Origin: a virus
Lineage: Duplodnaviria > Caudoviricetes
Strand: one strand, 5' to 3'
Virus record (IMG/VR): IMGVR_UViG_3300024272_000023
Length of the DNA: 64,000 bases
Positions 57,532 to 64,000 of the stretch are shown here, piece after piece. How positions within the stretch are numbered: the first letter of the stretch is position 1; each line of letters begins with the position of its first letter. The position numbers and the translations under genes are program-made. A model generated the notes under the pieces. That model saw only the letters and a list, made by a program, of their open reading frames with translations, made no database searches and was not told the DNA's origin.

Positions 57532-58326
57532 TTATCTAACCACACCGTCGGCAATTTCCTTGCCTTTATAATTTTCATCATCTGTTATATTTCGAGTCCA
57601 GTTAAGGACTGTCTTGTCCATTTTCTTAGTGTCTACAAATCCAGAATACATACCACCCATGGCGGCATCCGCCTGAACTATTATGTTTAACCTCGAAAGA
57701 TCATCCATAAGTTCAAAGATCCCCATATCACGAATGTAATCCATACTATATCCTTGCCTACACTTCACCGCAGAAATCACAGGCCTCAAAAAAGATTCGT
57801 GCGGCTTATTTTTAGCCACTTCAATATCTTGTCGGGCAACCCTAATCATTGCTCTACGCGCCATTTCGTTGCCGGCAGGTCTATATTCTTTCTTGAAGTT
57901 GTGCATCTTACGAATATATGTCGTCAAAACTTCGTGAATTATAGGTGTAATTACAACCGGATTCGTGTCATTCTCGGTGCCCTCATACACCAACACAACT
58001 TCTTCTGTCTGTCCATACGGACGAGGTTTGAATTTAGTTAAATCTAAATCACCAAGAAGAAGACGAGTTGTTTCTGGTTTGAAAGACTGACAAAGCATCA
58101 TAAAAAGTTCAAAATCTTTAATCTTCATATAGTTAAGCTTCATATCATCCAATTGCACCATCATACTGCTCGGCGTTGCACATAGCGTTTGTGCCATGTA
58201 AAAATAGGCACTTTCACCAAATTCGGCAACATCACGAATTTTGGGGCACTTCAACACGATGCCGTGTGCAATTTTTATATCATCAGACATATAAAGTTTG
58301 AGTTCGTCTACTTGAAAACCTTCCAT
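57532..58326 (-). CDS. conserved morphogenesis protein
   Basis: 264-aa ORF between the tail-terminator-like gene and the tube gene; ends YSGFVD.KK....LNW. Confidence 0.6.
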   Translation of the reverse strand: MEGFQVDELKLYMSDDIKIAHGIVLKCPKIRDVAEFGESAYFYMAQTLCATPSSMMVQLDDMKLNYMKIKDFELFMMLCQSFKPETTRLLLGDLDLTKFKPRPYGQTEEVVLVYEGTENDTNPVVITPIIHEVLTTYIRKMHNFKKEYRPAGNEMARRAMIRVARQDIEVAKNKPHESFLRPVISAVKCRQGYSMDYIRDMGIFELMDDLSRLNIIVQADAAMGGMYSGFVDTKKMDKTVLNWTRNITDDENYKGKEIADGVVR

Positions 58327-58329
58327 AAT

Positions 58330-58854
58330 TTATCTCCTTAAACCATATTCATAAGGATTAGTTCTGCAAGGTTTAGTAGAATTGTTATCAACAAGTTCAA
58401 ACTTCAATGTACGAGTAATATAATCGGTGTCAGTCGCACCTTCCCCATTGCTAACCAAGTTCATCTGAGGGCCAAGCATATCCGACAGATTAAAGATATC
58501 CCTAATTAGATATCCTAAACAATCGTGTCTAGCCATACCAAAAATAGGTTTTTTAGCCATATCTTTATGGACAAATATAACAAACTGAACATATTGATTT
58601 TTCATTACCTCATTTCGTGGCGATAGACCCATATCACTAATAGAAAAGGTAATATAATTTTTTGATTTATCTTGCACGCCAGGGATTCGTATAAACGGCC
58701 ATATAGACGAATATAACAAATCTTCGGGGCAAGAGGGGTCGATATCCTTGTCGTCAATAACTTCAACAATATCGGGGTCAGAATAAAGTGCTTGTTCAAT
58801 GATACGCTTCTTACGAATAATATCATCATCTACTTTTTGAATATCACGTTTCAT
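58330..58854 (-). CDS. putative tail terminator/completion protein
   Basis: IWPFIRIP..NYITF..RHDCL..IF pattern; position after the head-closure gene. Confidence 0.6.
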   Translation of the reverse strand: MKRDIQKVDDDIIRKKRIIEQALYSDPDIVEVIDDKDIDPSCPEDLLYSSIWPFIRIPGVQDKSKNYITFSISDMGLSPRNEVMKNQYVQFVIFVHKDMAKKPIFGMARHDCLGYLIRDIFNLSDMLGPQMNLVSNGEGATDTDYITRTLKFELVDNNSTKPCRTNPYEYGLRR

Positions 58855-59921
58855 TAACCAATCACCTCCACGCTAACTTCTGCGGTCGAACCATCAGTAC
58901 CAACAACCTGAATGATAAGCACCTTTCCTATTAGATAGTAATTCTGTGCAACCTTAATCTTAAGCAACTCGCCACTATACTCAATGGTGTAATTTTCCGT
59001 ATCAGAGGAGACGTCTCCATTCTCGTCGCTAATAAGCCACGACTGTGCGGCCACTCCCTCGTTGCTGAAGGCGGGCGTAAAGGTTTTGAAGCTTCCACCG
59101 ACTTTGATTGTAGCAGCAATTCCAGAATAAGTTATTGCGGCAGTGCCAGCAAGTTCGGTCTCAATGTCGGGCTCAACAGGTTCGACGGTGCTATCATAAT
59201 AATTTGCAAGCATAAGCTCGGCATTATCATGAGTGGGATCGAACGTTTGTTGACTCAATACAAATTTGGTGATGCCTAACGGCATTGTATCAATAATATT
59301 ACCAACACTAAAACACAAGGGCGTTTTACGCCCATAATCAGAAATTAAAAACCTCTGTTTGTGGTCGATTAACTGAGTGTCTATATTAGTAGACATCCAA
59401 GCTATTGCATTGCCGTTGACAACGGAGGTATACGAATTTTCGTCCACCTCTCTAGTTGAACTGCCTTGACGCAAAATTCCAAGATGGTAATAAATCTTAC
59501 CTTCAGATACCCATCCAAACTTCCAATTGCATTCGGCAATGTGATATTGCCTGAAAGCTGGACGCTCATCCAATCCAAGAATCATCCACCACTTCCATTC
59601 GCCATCTTCGTCTGCCATATATACATATGAACCGACGCCAATATCAGGATTGCGCTTTTCAGCACCGTGACGGAATTGGAGGTGATAAGCTGGCTCGTCC
59701 GAACCAACCTTTTGGTAGGTGTCAACATTAAACTTAACATCAATAAGTTCATGTTTGTCTGTCACTGTGGGTAAACCACGAGTGGCTTTAACCACATAGA
59801 CTCGTCTCGCATTTGGATCATTCATCCAAGTTTGCTCAATAACCATATTGGACTGCATACGGAGCATTTCACTTTGAGTCGAGCCCATATGAGCCATACG
59901 GCTTTTGTAATGGTCAAACAT
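58854..59921 (-). CDS. head-closure protein with C-terminal Ig-like domain
   Basis: GSYV..WMI..AECNW beta barrel; IKVGGSFKTFT Ig-like C-terminus. Confidence 0.6.
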   Translation of the reverse strand: MFDHYKSRMAHMGSTQSEMLRMQSNMVIEQTWMNDPNARRVYVVKATRGLPTVTDKHELIDVKFNVDTYQKVGSDEPAYHLQFRHGAEKRNPDIGVGSYVYMADEDGEWKWWMILGLDERPAFRQYHIAECNWKFGWVSEGKIYYHLGILRQGSSTREVDENSYTSVVNGNAIAWMSTNIDTQLIDHKQRFLISDYGRKTPLCFSVGNIIDTMPLGITKFVLSQQTFDPTHDNAELMLANYYDSTVEPVEPDIETELAGTAAITYSGIAATIKVGGSFKTFTPAFSNEGVAAQSWLISDENGDVSSDTENYTIEYSGELLKIKVAQNYYLIGKVLIIQVVGTDGSTAEVSVEVIG

Positions 59922-60216
59922 TGGAATCACCACCCTTTAAAGTGTCTACCAAATTGGCAGCATCAAGGATGCACTTTCGGAACTGTATTGGATTTTGACG
60001 TGCGGTTTCCAGATTGCTCACAATAGTAAGCACCTCGGGCTGGAAACCAAATAAAACATTTGAGCCGAGGATTTGATTAATTAAGGTTTGAATTGTTGCA
60101 TCTAAAAAAGGACTGTTATCCTCTTTAAGGTATAAACAATTAATTATTGCGCCATAGAAATAGCGCTTTTGTTTTTCAATTTGATTCGACGGTACATTTT
60201 CATAAACATTTCTCAT
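59914..60216 (-). CDS. hypothetical protein
   Basis: GAGGTG RBS; overlaps the next gene; FRKCILD motif. Confidence 0.7.
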   Translation of the reverse strand: MRNVYENVPSNQIEKQKRYFYGAIINCLYLKEDNSPFLDATIQTLINQILGSNVLFGFQPEVLTIVSNLETARQNPIQFRKCILDAANLVDTLKGGDSNV

Positions 60217-60227
60217 AGTAATGCACC

Positions 60228-60650
60228 TCAATCATTGAAATAGTCGTTGTTTAAATATGTTCCACGACAGAAAAGCAGGTCAGCATCTTTACGAAGCTGT
60301 TCGTCAAGCGCACGCATTTCTGCAAGCTGATTTGCTTGAGCATAGTACTTAGTTTCTTTGCCCGAATAGACCTGTTGTGTAAGCGTAACCGACCTAATCT
60401 GTGGAGCAAGCCAGCCGCGAACCATATGTATGGAAAGTATTTTCTGGTCTCTATCGGAGATGTCAAAGTTGAACTGCTTCAATTCTTCGTCTCTATCAGA
60501 GAAGTCATACTCGCCAACCACGGGTTCAACGATGGCATCCATTAGCCAATCGTGGAGCATAGTTTCGAGATCCTCTTCTGGCAATTGAGCTAAAAGAGGA
60601 TCTGTAATTTGTGCCAGTGCACGGTCATACAATATTGTATAGGAAGTCAT
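60228..60650 (-). CDS. head-tail adaptor (connector) protein
   Basis: Helical 140-aa protein, TSY..LYDRAL..ITD, two genes after the capsid gene. Confidence 0.6.
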   Translation of the reverse strand: MTSYTILYDRALAQITDPLLAQLPEEDLETMLHDWLMDAIVEPVVGEYDFSDRDEELKQFNFDISDRDQKILSIHMVRGWLAPQIRSVTLTQQVYSGKETKYYAQANQLAEMRALDEQLRKDADLLFCRGTYLNNDYFND

Positions 60651-60668
60651 CTAGGACACCTCCCTATA

Positions 60669-61226
60669 TTAGTTAATCATCATCATCAGTTCCGTCTTCA
60701 GAGTTTCATCGATAGCTCTGATAATTCTAAGGTCGTAAAGCGTGCCATCCTGAATCATAGCATAAGCCATATTCTGCACGGTAGTCTTCATACCTACAGG
60801 AAGTTTCTTAAGCTGAGCAATAAACTGTCTCTGAGGAAGTTTGAACATTGCCTTAACATCAATATCCTGAAGGTCAGCATAAAGTTTACCAAGGTCTGCC
60901 TTCCACTCTTCAACAATAGTCTCGTCCTCGATAATAATCATAGGCTCGAAAAGATACTTGTGACGCTGAGCCTTCCAGGACAGAAGGTCTTGGTATTCTA
61001 CATCTGCAACATCACCCTCATTTAGCCATTTATATGGAGTATGAGTCTTAGGTCCAATAAGAATAAGCTCGCCGAATTTAACACTTCTACAAGTGATATA
61101 TTCATTAGGGTCGTGCTTAACGACCTTTGCGGTTTTCTTAGAGGTAGGTTCAGACTTAACTTCTTCAACGGTTTCAGTTTCGATAATCTCGTCAGTTTCA
61201 ACTGTTGATTTTTTTGTATTTGCCAT
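60669..61226 (-). CDS. hypothetical protein downstream of the capsid gene
   Basis: AAGGAG RBS before ATG 61226; charged N-terminus. Confidence 0.7.
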   Translation of the reverse strand: MANTKKSTVETDEIIETETVEEVKSEPTSKKTAKVVKHDPNEYITCRSVKFGELILIGPKTHTPYKWLNEGDVADVEYQDLLSWKAQRHKYLFEPMIIIEDETIVEEWKADLGKLYADLQDIDVKAMFKLPQRQFIAQLKKLPVGMKTTVQNMAYAMIQDGTLYDLRIIRAIDETLKTELMMMIN

Positions 61227-61263
61227 AATAATTTCTCCTTTTTGTCTATATGTCAATTAAAGA

Positions 61264-62370
61264 TTATACAATCTCCCATACTCCAAAGACGGTGTTAAGA
61301 ATAACATTGATACCCATCTTATAGAGTACTTCGTACTCGTAGCTGAAATCTCTGTTAACATCTCTATCAGTAACCTGAGAAACCTGAGTTTCACCATAGT
61401 TAACAAGTTTGATGAAACGATTTGCTACGCTAGTAGGAATAATGTAAAGTCTATCGGTATCCATCTGATACTCAACAGATGCGCTGTTGATACCAGCACC
61501 TCTCTTAAGACCCTGACCGATTTCTGCAACAGCAAAGCCCTCGAAGTTGCCAAGAATACCTGCATTGTTGTAGTATTCCTTCTTAACTGACTCAGGAGCC
61601 CAATTTACATCAGCCATAGCAGTAAGAGAAGAAAGTGCGGTACGAGAACCGAAGATAGTAACCTCGGAATTGGTTGCCATAGAAATGTCCTGGCAAAGCT
61701 TTACAAGAGTTGTCTTGTTAGCGGCTTCAAGAGCACCGTTCTTAACCCAGTTTGCACCAAGGTTGTCCTTAGCGCCTCTAAGAGCTGCGTAAAGAGCATC
61801 GTAAAGATAACGGTTCATAGCCTCAGCAACCTTAGCAACGAAGGACGCCCAATCCTCAGCACCAGTGAGAATTCTTTCAAAATCAGAATAGATCTTTAAG
61901 CCATACCACTCACCAGCTACGGAGAAGTGTCTGCCTCCTGCAAGTCTCTGACGAATCATGTTGTGGTGGTTACCAGAAACCTTGGATACGCTAAGAATAG
62001 CGTCGTCTTCAACATAGAAGTCATTCTCGTCGCCGAGAGCAAGGTTCTTAACTTCAACGAACTGCATGAAGAAAGGATTCTCCATCCAGCCAGTTATCAT
62101 AAGTTCCTCGATAGTTTCCTCAATAAGAGTGAATACGAGATCCTTGTTAGCGCGAATTGCACGCTTGATTGCCTGAGGTCTGTCAGTAGGCTCAATACCA
62201 AGAGCAGCTCTGAACTTCTCAACAATCTTCTTATTAGCTTCCTTAGCGGAAACTTCCTTTACCTCGCCACGAGCAGCGTCGGAAAGGAGCTCACTGAAGT
62301 GAACGAGATTCTCATTGTCGTTCTCGAAAGCATTCTGAACAGTAGTATTAAAAGTCATTAAATTCTTCAT
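61264..62370 (-). CDS. major capsid protein
   Basis: About 368 aa, strong codon bias, FVEVKNLALGDENDF..SGNHHNMIRQRL, position after scaffold and decoration genes. Confidence 0.85.
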   Translation of the reverse strand: MKNLMTFNTTVQNAFENDNENLVHFSELLSDAARGEVKEVSAKEANKKIVEKFRAALGIEPTDRPQAIKRAIRANKDLVFTLIEETIEELMITGWMENPFFMQFVEVKNLALGDENDFYVEDDAILSVSKVSGNHHNMIRQRLAGGRHFSVAGEWYGLKIYSDFERILTGAEDWASFVAKVAEAMNRYLYDALYAALRGAKDNLGANWVKNGALEAANKTTLVKLCQDISMATNSEVTIFGSRTALSSLTAMADVNWAPESVKKEYYNNAGILGNFEGFAVAEIGQGLKRGAGINSASVEYQMDTDRLYIIPTSVANRFIKLVNYGETQVSQVTDRDVNRDFSYEYEVLYKMGINVILNTVFGVWEIV

Positions 62371-62393
62371 AATCATTTCCTCCTTTCACTTAA

Positions 62394-62864
62394 TTACGCA
62401 ACAGTGTAACCGTCAGCATAAGATACGGTAGCTCCAATTGCGGGAACCTCGCCGCCAAATGCGTCAACAGATACGGTAAATACATCGTGCTTGTACATAG
62501 GGTACATTCTTGCTCTGTCACCCTCTGCATTGTAGTAGTTTGCGATATCCTGATATACCTTCAAGAAATCGTTAGGCATAGTTTCGGGATTGTGAACGAA
62601 ATAGCCCTCGCAGTCCTTGGTAAGCTCAAATCTAACCATAGTGCGACCAGGGTGATTAACAATCTCAATTACCTTTGCTTCAAATTCGCCAGCGAAGTCG
62701 CTAACAGTGTAGTACTCGCCTGCCTTGTACGCGCCAACAGCAACGATTTCGCCGTTGTCTCTGTCCTTATCCATCTCACCAGAGAGGATATGACCTGTGC
62801 CATAAACAGCAGAAACTCTAGAAATTTCTGCGACCCAGTGCTTATTTAAAAGATCCTGTGCCAT
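62394..62864 (-). CDS. capsid decoration/cement-like protein
   Basis: DNG.IVAVG..RMY.M...DVF.VS pattern; lies between scaffold and capsid genes; same codon bias as the capsid gene. Confidence 0.6.
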   Translation of the reverse strand: MAQDLLNKHWVAEISRVSAVYGTGHILSGEMDKDRDNGEIVAVGAYKAGEYYTVSDFAGEFEAKVIEIVNHPGRTMVRFELTKDCEGYFVHNPETMPNDFLKVYQDIANYYNAEGDRARMYPMYKHDVFTVSVDAFGGEVPAIGATVSYADGYTVA

Positions 62865-62941
62865 AAGTTTTTCCTCCTAAAAATAAATTTTGTTTTTAAT
62901 TTGATATTAAAAAAGAGCATCTTTTTAAACACCCTTAGTTT

Positions 62942-62957
62942 AATCATTTTGTGTTGT
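62942..62957 (-). repeat. 16-bp motif, copy 8
   Basis: ACAACACAAAATGATT. Confidence 0.85.
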
Positions 62958-62959
62958 AA

Positions 62960-64000
62960 TTAATCAAAAAGCTTACCATAAGCCTTTTTCTTCTTGTCGT
63001 TCTTCGTTTCTACACTGAAACCAAGAACCTTCGGCTTCTTCTTGCCGTCATCCTGAACACTAAACTCCATCTTAGACTTCATATGTGCGGCAAAGATAAG
63101 ATCTGCCTTTGTAGAGATTTCCTCAACAGAATAGTTGTCCATCTCGGTTCTAAGCTGTGCAAACTCGGCGTTGTCAGCAAGACACTCATATTCTGCCTTG
63201 TCGAGAATATCAGTCTTCTTAGCCTTAACAACGGAAGCGTCATACGTTTCCTTGAAGGCTTTTAGTTCATTATACTGAACTTCAAGAGCAGAATAATCTT
63301 CTCTCAACTTCTCGATGGCAAGTTTCTCAGACTCAGAAACAATAATCTCAAACATTTCCTGTCTGTCGCCTTCAAGAGCAACGTTTTCACCATCTACAGT
63401 ATATCCAACCTTATACAATTTGTTATTGCACCATCCCTGCATATAGAAGTAATTATCATATACAGATCTAATGCTATACCATTCATTATCTTCCTCTTCA
63501 TATACACGGATAAGATTATACAGAGCGTATCTCACGTCCTCATGAGACAACTCCACGGTAAATGTCTTCGTAAACTTTTCGGGTTCACCAACATCGCCAT
63601 CCGCATCGTCTGTATCATCATTATTGTCTGCGTCATCGGAAGAGCCGTCATCGCTACTACTTGCTTCACCATCAGAGCCATCATCAGAACCATCGTTTCC
63701 AGCATTGTCGTCCGTAGCATTATCACCATTGCCATCCTCAAATACTTCTTTAAACTTTGCCTCAAGCTCTTCATCAGAAAGGCCTTCGACGTCAAATGTC
63801 ACATCTTCAACGGTTTTACCGTATTTTTCAAGTAAAGTTTCAAAAATATTCATTTCAACATTTCCTCCTTTCTGTATATTTGTATTGAAATTAGCCAAAG
63901 TTGTATTTAACCTGTCTAAAACCTCAATCATTTTGTTTTGATAGATAAATATCGGATCTTTATGGCAGAAATCAGAAATATCTGCCCTCGCGCCCAACAT
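62960..64000 (-). CDS. prohead protease/scaffold protein, C-terminal part (5' truncated by the window)
   Basis: Acidic low-complexity linker, FTVELSHEDVR, coiled coil, basic C-terminus YGKLFD. Strong internal RBS with ATG at 63853. Confidence 0.7.
   Translation of the reverse strand: MLGARADISDFCHKDPIFIYQNKMIEVLDRLNTTLANFNTNIQKGGNVEMNIFETLLEKYGKTVEDVTFDVEGLSDEELEAKFKEVFEDGNGDNATDDNAGNDGSDDGSDGEASSSDDGSSDDADNNDDTDDADGDVGEPEKFTKTFTVELSHEDVRYALYNLIRVYEEEDNEWYSIRSVYDNYFYMQGWCNNKLYKVGYTVDGENVALEGDRQEMFEIIVSESEKLAIEKLREDYSALEVQYNELKAFKETYDASVVKAKKTDILDKAEYECLADNAEFAQLRTEMDNYSVEEISTKADLIFAAHMKSKMEFSVQDDGKKKPKVLGFSVETKNDKKKKAYGKLFD
63926..63941 (-). repeat. 16-bp motif, copy 9 (one mismatch)
   Basis: TCAAAACAAAATGATT. 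Confidence 0.65.

Noticed and set aside
63590-63740. Asp/Gly/Ser low-complexity tract
   Set aside because: This is an ordinary disordered acidic linker of a scaffold protein.
1-64000. Stop-codon reassignment, tRNA or rRNA genes
   Set aside because: Genes are long and tightly packed under the standard code, with TAA, TAG and TGA all used as stops. No cloverleaf or rRNA-like stretch was seen in the short intergenic gaps.

Overview
This window is a 64 kb slice of a large temperate-looking siphovirus (or phage-plasmid) of an anaerobic Firmicute, organised like SPbeta or Clostridium phage c-st. Bases 1-10.2 kb (+ strand) hold a nucleotide-metabolism block: HD hydrolase, ThyX-like protein, guanylate kinase-like protein, 5'-nucleotidase, NrdH-NrdD-NrdG with a ferredoxin:thioredoxin-reductase-like subunit, and dUTPase. 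The block continues with a VWA protein and a membrane-anchored SleB-type hydrolase, and ends in a large serine recombinase. Bases 10.4-12 kb hold a TubR-TubZ (tubulin-type) partition cassette with candidate iterons and a divergent ribbon-helix-helix gene. Bases 12-64 kb (- strand) are the virion module: scaffold, capsid, neck, tail tube, about 20 kb of fibre/adhesin genes, a tape measure of about 3,666 aa split by a 1-nt frameshift, Dit, Tal, fibres and holin. The most striking unexplained signals are: (1) a dispersed 16-bp motif ACAnnRCAAAATGATT (8 exact copies plus 1 near copy), always oriented with transcription and flipping strand at the recombinase/TubZ locus; (2) an intact JAMM/JAB metalloprotease motif inside the tape measure protein; (3) a series of fibre proteins sharing N-terminal modules and terminal W-x-E peptides; (4) a lipoate-ligase-like enzyme embedded among the fibre genes; (5) an integrase lying next to a tubulin partition system. 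All family calls come from motif recognition by eye; no searches were run.
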